Positions 26,761 to 39,189 are shown, numbered from the stretch's first letter. The stretch: 64,000 bases of DNA from Eledone cirrhosa (GCA_964016885.1 OZ024745.1:113708001-113772000); one strand, 5' to 3'. Notes: a model not told the origin generated them from the sequence alone. Numbers and translations: made by a program.

Positions 26761-27726
26761 TCCTAGGCTGTGCTTGGGTCCTGAAGCAATCCTGCAATCA
26801 CCGCGCCTGGTCATATGAGCAGACTACAACCACAGAGATCATTAATTTAGAATCCTCGCTCATCATCTATAATTTCCATTTGTAGCACCTTAAGATGCGT
26901 TAATCCACCTTAATAATAATATGATCACCTTCAGCATAATTTAGTTAAACTACTCTATAGTTAGTACACTTTATGCTTTAAAAGTCTCTCTTGGAAGGTG
27001 CACCTCACCATAGAATTTAGGGTCTATATTGAGACACATTTTAATGGCTAGATATAGAAACCCCAGAGTTACCTCCCCGCATGCATTAACTCCCCTTAGC
27101 CACACACACACTTCCGGTATTCAATGGCGTTTCTCGAAACGTAACAACCTCCTGTATCGAACTAAAGAACACCAGACTACGATCTCTAACTGGATTGTCG
27201 TGGATTATGTGAAAGGCATATAATCGAAATATACACTCCCTTGACCATGAAAATGCCGAAGTACATGAATTACTTGACATCCCTGCGCTGTGCATCTCCA
27301 ATACTTATAACACTTTTAATGCTTGCACTATCTTTAATGCTTATAATATTTCTCCACACACAGACTATATCAATCATATAAAGACTTTGCCACCAGATCT
27401 ACCAACCTAACACTCTTATTTACCTACCTAAGTGCCTCTACCACACATATCTCTCTGCCACACTATATAAACAAGACGCACATGCGTGCCACACATATAA
27501 CATTTGCACTATATAACCACTTATCTTCATGTTGTACTTTAACCTATATCTTTGATTTTTGATTGTACCTATTAATATAAATGTAATCTCGAAGTGTGTA
27601 CTGCCACTCTAAATTCTGTAATGAATGTTGACCCACAATGTTTGAATATGTATCAATGTTTGAATATGTATTGGTATGTCTCTCGGCTGAAAAGGAGGTC
27701 ATATAACTGTCCATGCATTAATAAAT

Positions 27727-27773
27727 TGCTCCGAAGAATCCAAACCTCGGTTTGGAGGAAACAGCTGTAAGCA
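27727..27773 (+). ncRNA. Minimal type I hammerhead ribozyme, CCGAAGA core variant (right arm)
   Basis: Identical to the 25004-25050 copy, on the opposite strand. Confidence 0.7.
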
Positions 27774-27974
27774 CAATAATGTTTTGAACAGTTCTTTGAT
27801 TCTTATATTTCATATAACTGCTCTGTAAATCATCTGATGTTTTTACATTGAGCTACTTAACTTACTGGTAATAAGGTAGTAATACATTACTGCCTATCAC
27901 TATTTAGGGTGTGTGTAAAATACTTACAACTGCTTAAGGTTTTGTGTTTACATAACCATAAATAGTATAACTAA

Positions 27975-28022
<48 letters not shown>

Positions 28023-28062
28023 CTCAACAACATGTTTACTCGTCTCTACCACACTAATTCGG

Positions 28063-28117
28063 ACTGCCTGAAGAGGTCACAGCCAAAGATGGCTGTCACC
28101 GAAATATATATAGCAGT
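28063..28117 (+). ncRNA. Minimal type I hammerhead ribozyme
   Basis: ACUGC CUGAAGA GGUcACAGCCA AAGA UGGCUGUcACC GAAA UAUAUA UA GCAGU: canonical core, 5-bp stem I, long stem II, palindromic stem III. Confidence 0.82.
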
Positions 28118-28163
28118 AATAAACGAAGCCAAATTTTAAACATTTGACTTATTTATTTTATTT

Positions 28164-28257
<94 letters not shown>

Positions 28258-28260
<3 letters not shown>

Positions 28261-28550
28261 GAAGGAAATGTGGTAAGGAACCAGGTGGACCATAACGCAC
28301 CAAAGTACTCAATACTTAGGGTAGTAGAGTGGGTAATAGGAACCAGTAAGACCCCAGTCTTTTCGCAAATAGATCGATTTTTTGCGTGAGCATCCGAAGG
28401 TAAAGTTTTTTCGGTGGGATTGGGATGTTCTTGGTAGAGAAGTCGATGTGTTTTCGCATGGTGCAAAAAGCATTCCTGGTCAGATATATATTCAATTGAG
28501 GTTTATTCGATACTACAGGTCATTCTTAAATTGAGGAATTTATGTGGGGT
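28258..28550. mobile_element. Tail and arm start of the 22991 family (minus) joined to a decayed GIY-YIG-like coding fragment (plus)
   Basis: 28258-28357 is the reverse complement of the 23121-23198 tail plus arm end; 28373-28500 reads IDFLREHPKVKFFRWDWDVLGREVDVFSHGAK/KAFLVR. Confidence 0.5.
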
Positions 28551-29538
28551 GGTACTACTGAAAATTATGGTTAGAGTCAAATACTAGAAAGTTTACAAAT
28601 AAAAAGACTTATGTTGGTTGACTTGCACATACACTCACACCCACCCCCACAGACACACACACACATCTACACACACAAATCCAAACAGGTGTGTATATAT
28701 ATATGTATGTACGCACAAGTGCATATATATATATATACAACAGAGGCCCCCAAATCCAAGTATATGGCAGACATAAAACGAGGTGGGTGTTATTTTTAAA
28801 GAAAAGTAAAGTGGGTGTTTGGAAAAGTCATTGTTTAGACTAGACAAAAGTAGAGTGTGATATATATCTTCACAGCAATAGCTTGGGGGCTTTGGAGCTT
28901 AGGCGAATCCCTTAGTACAGACATATATAGGTACAAGCACCCACCCACACTTGTATAACCCTGGATGCGCGTGTATGTCTATATACACATGTGCACTCAT
29001 ACAAGAGAGCATATACAAATATACTCTTAAGCACACACTCGAACATTTTTTAAATGCAACCTGGGGTATTATTATTTCATTGCGTTAACATAAGTGTGTA
29101 CATTCACGTAATCCCAGTATACACACACAACGCACGGTTGCGGGTACGCATTCATGCATATAGGGTTAGTACCTAAGGATAATTGCTCTTCCTGTGTGGG
29201 CCACTCCCGGGGGGGGGTCCTCAGGTTCAATAAACGTGGTTTTGCTGACTCCTAACCAGTAGAGGATCCGGTGGACAATCCACCGTAGGGACCACAAACT
29301 ATGGGTGGTTGTTGTTGCCCATTGGTCATTGGTCCGGGGGTGTATATATATATCTTTAATTAGAAAGTGAACAACATCTCTATCTGGTGAACGATCGAGA
29401 CGTATATTAATACTGCCTAGGGTCCTGAAACTTTTGGTAATGGAGTAGTTACATATTGTGTTGTTCAATTTCTAATTAAATAGCTCTTTTCTATACATAG
29501 AGTACTCTTTTTTCCTTTGCTTTTTCTTCGGAATTACC

Positions 29539-30045
<507 letters not shown>

Positions 30046-30910
30046 TATATATAAAGTTCCCTTAAAAGACAGAGAGAAGATTTGTAATGTTTGTATCCCA
30101 ATGCAAGCAGCTCTGTTCACGTTGTTTCCGTCTCCAGGCCTGTTACCCAATTTTCTTATTTATAGTGACCAACTATTATTACGATGTTCATTTGCGCTGG
30201 GGCAAATGTATATGGGATGTTAGATATGTTTCACAGATGATTGACTCCAGGTCTTTGTTGATGCGATACATCTGACTACAGAATTGATCTGCATGTCGGC
30301 TCTATGGAAAGAAATCGAAACAAAAGAGAGATGAAATTGTTTGGATTTGCGTCCACACGCCTGATGAGCAGATTAATCCTGGAGTTAGGTCTATTAGACC
30401 GATGTTAATATATGCATACGATGCTATCGATATTGACATATGCATACAATGCCATTCATATATACTATCGCTTCCAAAGTAGTCCTTTTCTTTACTCCTC
30501 TAGAGGTTTTTACGGCAGTTTTGTACGCGGTATGAGAATCGTGCAGACAAGTTTCTTCTTTCAGTAGACTCATCAGGATGACCTACTTCTACGTTGATCT
30601 TTATTCCAAGCTGCCGAAAATACTTGTGGTGTAATCAGGGAACACTTGATTTTATAGAGACTAAATATCTAAATACATATGCATAAATACGTCTTTGATT
30701 ATTTATTCATAACCAAGGCTTGTAAATGTGTGTGTGTGTGCTTGCATTTGTGTGCGTGTGATTGTGCATGTATGTGTGTGAATGTATATATGTATATATA
30801 TGTGTGTGTGTGTGTGTGCGTGTGATTGTGCATGTATGTGTGTGAATGTATATATGTATATATATATGTGTGTGTGTGCGTGTGATTGTGCATGTATGTG
30901 TGTGAATGTA

Positions 30911-30965
<55 letters not shown>

Positions 30966-31144
30966 ATGTGTTTGTGCTACCATTTTCTTCTATCAGTTTT
31001 AATACAGCGTTTGTGTCATATTTCTGCCCATTATAATTATACTCATTGTCAGTCGGTTTTGTCTGTCATGGCTAGACATGATCATCACTACACTAGACTT
31101 AACACATGGCTGTTCTTACTCCTTCTGCAGCCACTAGTGTTGCT

Positions 31145-31331
31145 ACTGCTTCATTTTTATTCTTGTCTTTTTTTTCTTCTTCTTTTTTTCTTTTTTTCTT
31201 TTTTTCTTTTTTTCTTTTTTTCTTTTTTTTCTTTTTTTCTTTTTTTCTTCTTTTTTTTTCTTTTTTTTCTTTTTTTTTTACCCCTTTCTTTTTTTATTTT
31301 ATATTTTATCTTTGCCCCCTTTTTTTTTCTT
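31145..31331. repeat. T-rich polypyrimidine tract
   Basis: Directly visible. Confidence 0.9.
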
Positions 31332-31539
31332 CTGAGGTCTTATCACCTGTTCGTGACGTGACCGCGATGGCAAATAGGCGCGTGATGGTCTTATCCATCA
31401 ATGGAGTCCGAACGAATACGACAGGTGCCGACTGCCGATCTAGGCGGCAAAAGATCTGTATCATCTCTGCTTGCAGCACTGCAATATGATACAAACATAT
31501 CACTGGTCTAGTTGACTCTGATTGTTTTTGTTCTTTCTT

Positions 31540-31719
31540 GTTTTGTTGTTGTTGTTGTTGTTGTTATTGTTGTCGTTGTTGCTGCTATTGCTGCTGCTAC
31601 TTCTGCTGTGTCTGTGGTTGCTGCTGTTGTTGTTGATGTTGTCGTCGTCATCGTCATCATTGTTGTTGTTGCTGTTGTTCTTGTTGTAGATGTTGCTGCT
31701 GTCGCTTCTGCTGCTGTGT

Positions 31720-31772
<53 letters not shown>

Positions 31773-32130
31773 GCTGCTGCTTCTGCTTCTGCTGCTGTGT
31801 CTGTTGTTGTTGTTGTTGAAGCTATCGTCATCGTCATCGTTGTTGTTCCTGTTGTTGTTGTAGTTGTTGCTGCTGCTGCTTCTGCTGCTTCTGCTGCTGT
31901 GTCTGTTGTTGTTGTTGTTGAAGCTATCGTCATCGTTGTTGTTCCTGTCGTTGTTGTAGTTGCTGCTGCTGCTGTGTCTGTTGTTGTTGTTGTTGAAGCA
32001 ATCGTCATCGTCATCGTTGTTGTTCCTGTTGTTGTTGTAGTTGCTGCTGCTGCTGCTGCTGCTTCTGCTGCTGTGTCTGTAGTTGTTGTTGTTGTTGTTG
32101 TTGTCGTCGTCTTCGTTGTTGCTCTTGTTT
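31540..32130. repeat. Compound trinucleotide array (TTG/CTG/TCG/TCA) with higher-order units
   Basis: Marker CTGTGTCTG and GAAGC[TA]ATCGTCATCG recur several times. Confidence 0.9.
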
Positions 32131-34104
32131 TCTCCTTCTCCCGTGAGCAGATAACCGACGGCAGCGCTTAATAGGTGATGCGTGCATTGCATTCGAGAAC
32201 TCCAGCATGGCGGTGAGGAGTTTGAAGGGTTGACGGGTTGAGGTATTAAGGTGATGAGGGGGGTCTCGTTGTCGAAATGATCCGGGTAATAAATTGTCTA
32301 ATAAATAATATCCGTTCAGAATAATTAATAATCATAAGGATCAGTTATGTAATCTGGTTCAGAGGCCGTGTCTGAAATTACTGTGAAGAGTAAGACAACA
32401 CTGATGTGTCTGAAGAATCACGTCAACGTACAGTGATATAGGAAGTTTCCAGGAGACACACTTGATTGAATATACATGCACGTAAATGAAGTAAATGGAT
32501 ACTCGTTGGTTTCGACGATGGTATTCCGATTTTACAATCGACAGAACTATATACTGATTGAAGCATAATGTAAGTAGCTGAGCATTCCACAGACACGTGT
32601 ATCTGTGTCGTAATTTTCAAGTAGAATCATTATGATTCTCTGTGATACGTTCAGACATTTGAACGATATGGGCAGTCCATCTTTCAAATCAATTTCATGA
32701 TATTGGTTGAATGGTGTCTAGCGTATATTACACTTGCTGAAGATGCCACGCTCTAGAATTGAACACTGGATACTATTCTTATAATTGTGAAGTAAACATA
32801 TTAACCACTTGGCCATGGCTGTATTTATATATACAGATGCACAGATATACACAGACACGTACATAATTAATTACACACATACAGATACACATATCCACAC
32901 GTGCACATACAAACACTCATAAAACATATTCACACAAATGTTCATAAAACCACTTACACATTCACTTAATATACACATAATTATGAACACAAACACATAT
33001 ATAGATGCACATACACGCAGTGTGACACACATGTGCATGTAAAAATGCCACAAGCAAATAAAGAATTTGTTCTCATACATCATAATGTCAACATGTTCTC
33101 TATAATGAAATTCAAGACAATACACATCATTTTCCTCTTAAGACATATATTGTTACCAATATTTCTAACATCGCACTGGTGGTATATTTTGACTAAGCAC
33201 AAAGCTTTGATTTATAATTTATTTTAATATTTACTGTATGAGCTATTCTTTATACAATTTTGTCTTTAAAATTATTTCCGGTTCTTTTGTTCTGTATTCA
33301 AATCCCACAGCGGTTAGGTTTGACTCTCATCCTTCATGGGTCGATAAAATATAGTACCAGTCAAGTATTAGGATTGATTTAATCAGTGTTTCCCTTTCTC
33401 CAAGTTTGCTGGCCTCGTCCCTAAATTAGAAATCAATATTTGCTCTATGAACTATTCCCTATAAAACTTTGGTAAATAAATACCAGTCTGGGACGATGAA
33501 CTAGCCGGTTCATTAATGCGTCGAGTAGAATGCCTTGCAGTATTTGTTCTGGCTCTCTGCGTTCTGAGCTAAAATCCTTTTGAGAATTACTTAGGTAGTA
33601 GACGGACTAATACGATGGATTAACACGACCGCGTGAGTTTTGGGTTCATATAACGGATTTCATTGTTGCTAGCATTTTGCCCAGTACTCCGGTTTGGGAA
33701 TAACTTTCTTCCAAAATGAGATGAGAATTTCTCATTGCATTTCCATTACCCAACCAGCATTATTCCATCAGCTTCTTTTTTAAGCCAGATTTTTCGCTGG
33801 AAAGGTTAAACTCTCTTCTGAAAGTAATTAATTGTTTCAATTGTATTTTTCCCATTTTGTTGAAGAGAGCTGTAATTAATTTTGCGGTTGCATATGTTGA
33901 GCATCGCAACATAAGTGACATTCTTCAAAATATCAACGAATTTTTTCCATTCTCCAAAACCATGATGGCTCTTGGTTTATGGTTTTACATTTGTTTACTT
34001 GTAGAATATCTACAAGGTGTTGATTTACAGTTCTCAAAATATAAACAAGTTAAAATTTGTCAGGGTGAAAAGACATATATGTAGGTATGTATGTATGTAT
34101 GTAT

Positions 34105-34741
34105 GTATGATTGCGATCTTGTAGCGCACACAGAGAGTGATATGCAGCACATTTTTAATGCATTTTCTTATGCTTGCACTGCTCTAGGATTGACTGTCAG
34201 TCTCAAGAAAACCGTCGTCATGTATCAACCTGCCCTGGTAAGCAGTACAGTGAACCAAATATCTATGTGTATGGTAAACGACTTGGAGTGGTTGATCAGT
34301 TTGTCTACCTGGGAAGCACTGTCAATCGATACAGCAACCTTGATAGTGAAATCTCACTTAGGATTAGGAAAGCAAGTGATGCTTTCGGAAAGCTAGAAAG
34401 GCGACTCTGGGGTCGGCGAGACATATGCAAGAAGACAAAGGTAAAGGTGTACAAGGCAAGTGTGCTCTCTTCTTTATTCCTGCGAGACCTGGGTCACATA
34501 TCGACATCACCTTAAGCAATTGGAGCGTTTCCATCAGATGTGTCTCAGACGGATCCATGGTGTTCACTGGAGGGACCACATTAGTGATATCGAGATTTTG
34601 GAAAGCTCTATGTGTGACAGTATAGAAGCTCTTGTGCTTAAGCAACGACTCCGTTGGAGTGGTCACCTTGCCAAGATGAAGGATTCTAAAATACCAAAAC
34701 ATCTCTTTTATAGAGAGTTAGTTAAAGGAAAACGACCGCCA

Positions 34742-34776
<35 letters not shown>

Positions 34777-35510
34777 AAAGAGGTGTAAGGATTCCTTGAA
34801 AGCCTCTTTCAAAGACGCTAACATCTATGCTGATACATGGGAAAATATTGCTGCTGATCGTAATAAATAGAGAAAGACTGTATATGAGGGAAAAGTTGCC
34901 TTTGAGGCATCTCGAATCGCATACGAGAAAGTAAAGCGGGATGTGAGGAAGGGCATTGCTGTTGCACTTCCAGACGGCGAGGGTCCTCCTATGGTGCTGA
35001 CATGCAGCGTCTGTGCGAGACTCTGCCTAAGCAAAGCTGTACTCGAAAGTCATCTTCGCAGTCATAAAGTAAGACCAGTGGTTGACTACCAGGCTGCTGT
35101 TGGAGATGCTACTCATCATGCTTGCCAAGCATGTGGTAGAGAATGTAAATCAGCAGGAGGGCCCAAGCGACATGCAAAAGTATATGAACTCCAACCACAG
35201 CCGGCTATTCCCAGTGAATGTTTTGGTTGCCGACTCTGTGCAAGACATTTTAGATCATTGGCTGGGCTAAAAAGCCACATTCGATTGCAGTGCTGTTAGT
35301 TGCTATCGTGTGTGTGTATGTGTATAGGTATGTTTGTGTGTGTGCGTGTGTGTGTATATATATATATGTATATGTATATTATTATTGTTGTTGTTGTCGT
35401 TATTATTGTTGTTGTTATTATTATTATTATTATTATTAATATATATGTATATATATTTTTTTTTCTCGTGCAATGGCCATACTCTATAACGAGGGGGCAG
35501 TCATCATGTA
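34105..35510 (+). mobile_element. RTE (BovB-like) LINE, 5'-truncated at the RT catalytic motif, with three C-terminal C2H2 zinc fingers; frameshifted
   Basis: [85 protein letters not shown], then CSVC..H..H, CQAC..H, CRLC..H; 3' UTR ends in (ATGT)n. Confidence 0.93.
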
Positions 35511-35568
35511 TGTATGTATGTATGTATGTATGTATGTATGTATGTATGTATGTATGTATGTATGTATG

Positions 35569-36858
35569 TTCTTCTGGTTTTATAATTTCACACATTTTTT
35601 CCCAATAGAGAGAGAGTCGGTTTCTAACATAGACACAAGATTCTCTCATTGGAATTTACACAACATCAACTAGGTAGATATGTATGTATGCATGCATGTG
35701 TAGATATGGATGTTATTGTATGTGTGGATGTGGATGTTTTGAGTTGTATGTGTGCATGTGTATATGCTTTGTATCTGTATATGTGTATATGCAGTTATTA
35801 GATGCAAAGTTTTTGGAATGTTTTACATATTTTTACTGTTCCATTAATGGATTGTACTTGTAATTTCCTAACTAGTTGTGTTCTTTCTGTTCCTGTGAAG
35901 CCTAGCTTCTCAAGATTTGTATTGAGGCAGTTACTAACATATCCCAGTGCCCCAATAATCACAGGCATAAATCTGAAGGTCTAATCAGGGTTGAGTATCT
36001 GCAGATTTCTCATCAGTTCTGCATAAATATTCTCCTTTTCGCTAATCTTTGATATTATATTGGCGTCTGCTGGGTAGCTAATTTCCACTACTGTGCATGC
36101 TTTCTTCTCCCTGTCCCATATCATAAAATCTGGTCTGTTATGCCTGCATTTTATTGGGGTTTTTACTGGAACATTCCACCAGTACTCTTTCATATTATGT
36201 ACGTGGATGTCTTCCACATTGCTGTAGCATTTAATGTGTTTATTATCCGGGCTATCTTTTTTACGGACTGCATTGTACAGTGTTTTGGCCACTACATCAT
36301 GCCTCATAGGTAGATAGTACCGCGATGACATCTTTGGACAGCTGCTGATGACATGGGTGATATCCTCGATGTTAGTTCTGCAGAGGCTACACTTGTTATC
36401 ACATCTAGGTGTTTTGCCTGCATCCCTATCTCTTTTGTGAATCAGGTATTTCGTGTTAATCTCCTGTTCTTGGATCGCAAAAGCGTATCCTTAAAAGTGG
36501 GAGCCAATATAACGGTTGTTGATCCAAGATAGGATACTTTCCTGATCTATATTACTCTCACTCTGGAACTTCCTGGCAACATATCCATGCATGATTTTTT
36601 GCTGATAAGCATGCAGTTTTTCATCCATGGATTCACTGCGATACTGCTGAGCGACTTCCCTGGGTGTGAGTTTTTGATTATCACACAGGGAATATCTCTC
36701 GAGGAGTTCCTTCCCAACTCTCATGATCTTATCTGCTTCATGCAGATAGACTTGCTCGAGAGACGGGCTCCTACGCTTCGAGGTTCGTAGATGTTGTCGG
36801 AGGGATATGATGCGACATTCGAATGCTGTCTGGACTGATGTTAGCCCTCTGCCTCCCT
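35569..36858 (-). mobile_element. R4/Dong-clade non-LTR retrotransposon, 3' portion (CCHC + RLE), two in-frame stops, (ACAT)n tail
   Basis: GGRGL..MHG..AIQEQEINTK..CSLCRTNIEDITHVISSC..RHDVVAK..NRPDFMIWD..VVEISYP..EKENIY..PVIIGALG; 3' UTR 35797-35569. Confidence 0.92.
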
Positions 36859-36939
36859 GTGTATGTATGTATGTATGTATGTATGTATGTATGTATGTAT
36901 GTATGTATGTATGTATGTATGTATGTTTGTATGTATGTA

Positions 36940-37140
36940 TTATTTTATAAATGTTTACCAATAGAGACAGAGTTGGTTTCTAACATAGACACAAGTCTCA
37001 TTCATTGGAATTTAAACAACATGAACTAGGTAGATATGTATGCATGCATGCATGCGTGCGCGTGTGTGTGCAGGTATGGATGTTATTGTATGTGTGGAGT
37101 TATATGTGTGCATATGTTTTGTATCTGTACATGTGTACAT
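36940..37140 (-). mobile_element. Second, diverged R4/Dong 3' UTR
   Basis: CCAATAGAGACAGAGTTGGTTTCTAACATAGACACAAG..CATTGGAATTTA..CAACAT matches 35602-35680. Confidence 0.8.
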
Positions 37141-37613
37141 GTAGTTATGTATGTATGTGTGTATGTGTGTGTATGTAAGTATGTATGTATGTGTGTGTAT
37201 GTATGTTCACGTCAACAATATCACTTGAATAACGCCATAATATTAAAACGATATCAACTAAGACAAACAAATATCAGAATGACGCTATTACTTTTTCTAC
37301 CACAGTTAATCATCTATTTCCAAACAAATTTGACCGCTTTGCAAAAAGAAACAAATATAATGTAACAGCAAAATATCAACATTAACAACAATAGCTTCAA
37401 TCATTTAAGAACCCAGAGCTAGTGACTGCCCACACAAACATGATCAACACGACAACTACTACGATTTACAAAGTTAATCAGCAAGCCCCTTTAATCGGAT
37501 AATTCCAAATGTATTTCAGACCAAAGACTTTTTAAGCTGCCTTCCATTATAACTTTTTATCTTTGGATCAGTAAAAAAAAATATAATACAGAGTGTGAGA
37601 GAAAGGAAGAGAA

Positions 37614-37700
<87 letters not shown>

Positions 37701-37703
37701 CAT

Positions 37704-38185
37704 ATGGTGGGTGCCAACTCGTTTTCGAGTACGGCCACTACTTTATATCCATGTAGGAGAACCCCTACCGATGCGCTGAACGAGTGTGACTTTTTAGTCA
37801 AGCCAGCGACTTGAAAACTCTGGTACAAACACTACACTTGTGACAATTATTGACACATAGTGATGGGCCCATGGTACCATGTGACGACAAGTGCAGAGAG
37901 ATCTCCAGGTATAAAGCAATGTCTGTGCCGTGAAGCTTTTATAGAGAGCAAAGGCACTGCACAAAGCCAGTCCCACTCTCTTAACCAAGATGATATTTAC
38001 CTAAAAGAAGAACAATTCAACATCATTGGATACCATCATAGTTGCAGGTGTTATATCAGAATTTTCCTTCTCCTAGAATTCTGCCTTGACAAAGGCTAAG
38101 GGGTCATCTCTCCCAGTGATTTGGGATGGCCATTGACTCTTAAGAACTCCTTTGCCCTTTGACAGGTTTTGTTTTTAGCCCTGCA

Positions 38186-38189
<4 letters not shown>
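37704..38189 (-). mobile_element. 5'-truncated copy of the bipartite RTE-derived element
   Basis: High identity to 21072-21545. Confidence 0.85.
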
Positions 38190-38261
<72 letters not shown>

Positions 38262-38337
38262 CTACTGTCTGTATCAGTGCAAAACAGATTTTAGTAATAC
38301 AAATTTCTAAATCGTAAACAATCCTATTTCAGCTTAG

Positions 38338-38534
38338 CACCTATGGTGGTGAGTAAGCCCTGGGGCCGAGGACACCAGAACTCTCCACTGCCAGGGGTAC
38401 GATTGGTATTTGAGAAATGTGGCCCCCCTCAGCCCGACGTGCAGCAGAACCTGGGTCAGTCGCAGACTGTACCAGGTTGCGGCTGCAGAAAGTGTCGGTG
38501 CAAGTGGCATCCCAGACGAGGGGTTTGCCACCGC
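38338..38534 (-). mobile_element. Internal CRE-clade fragment
   Basis: GGKPLVWDATCTDTFCSRNLVQSATDPGSAARRAEG; homologous to 13937-14161 with internal deletions. Confidence 0.85.
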
Positions 38535-38750
38535 GATATATACGCACACAAAGATAGACTAGAGTCGTCGAGAGACAGGGAGCACCGACACAGAGCAACA
38601 AAGTCCAATAGATAGAAAGGAGTAGATGAGACTAAATCAATCTTTCTAATTTATATTAAGCAGCTTCCCTTCTACTAAGATGTCTTTCATTGAAAAGCTT
38701 GTGATATTTTTCTTTCTTTCGGCAGCAGTTTTGTTTCATAAAGAACAAAG

Positions 38751-38789
<39 letters not shown>

Positions 38790-39189
38790 TAAACAAACCA
38801 AAAAACGCACGCACTCAAAGAATAACACAAAAGTAATGAAGACAGTAAGAAAATAAAGAAGAAAGAAAATAAAGCTAATTAACAAGTAGGAAGCAACACC
38901 AACAATGCATGAGGTCTGTTAGAAACACCAGTTAGTTAAGTCTTCCTCAGATCAGACTTTACCATTCGTGATGAAACAAATAGCAGGATGTTTATGAATA
39001 GAATGCATTTTGATGAAACTTTGACTTGAAATTAAACATAAAAAACAGCAAGAGAATCAGAAGAACAAACTCACAAATATCTAGGCAGTCACTATACCTC
39101 CAGGAAATAACAGCAAAATCTGCCTCGGAGGGAGTCTACATTGGGTAATGGAATCCTAGTTATATTGGCTTTAAAAGAAGATTTGTCCG

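Larger units (their letters stand above)
24963..27978. mobile_element. Penelope-like element (Naiad-type GIY-YIG) with inverted pseudo-LTR arms and a tail, in (TA)n
   Basis: Left arm ~24963-26003 is the reverse complement of ~26774-27816; spacer holds the endonuclease C-terminus; unique tail 27817-27978; one hammerhead per arm. Confidence 0.85.

Noticed and set aside
30361-30395. CTGATGAGCAG..CTG hammerhead start
   Set aside because: No GAAA box or stem III.
34747-34780. PPPPPPQKKKK stretch in the RTE ORF
   Set aside because: Poly-C/poly-A homopolymer expansion in a dead copy.
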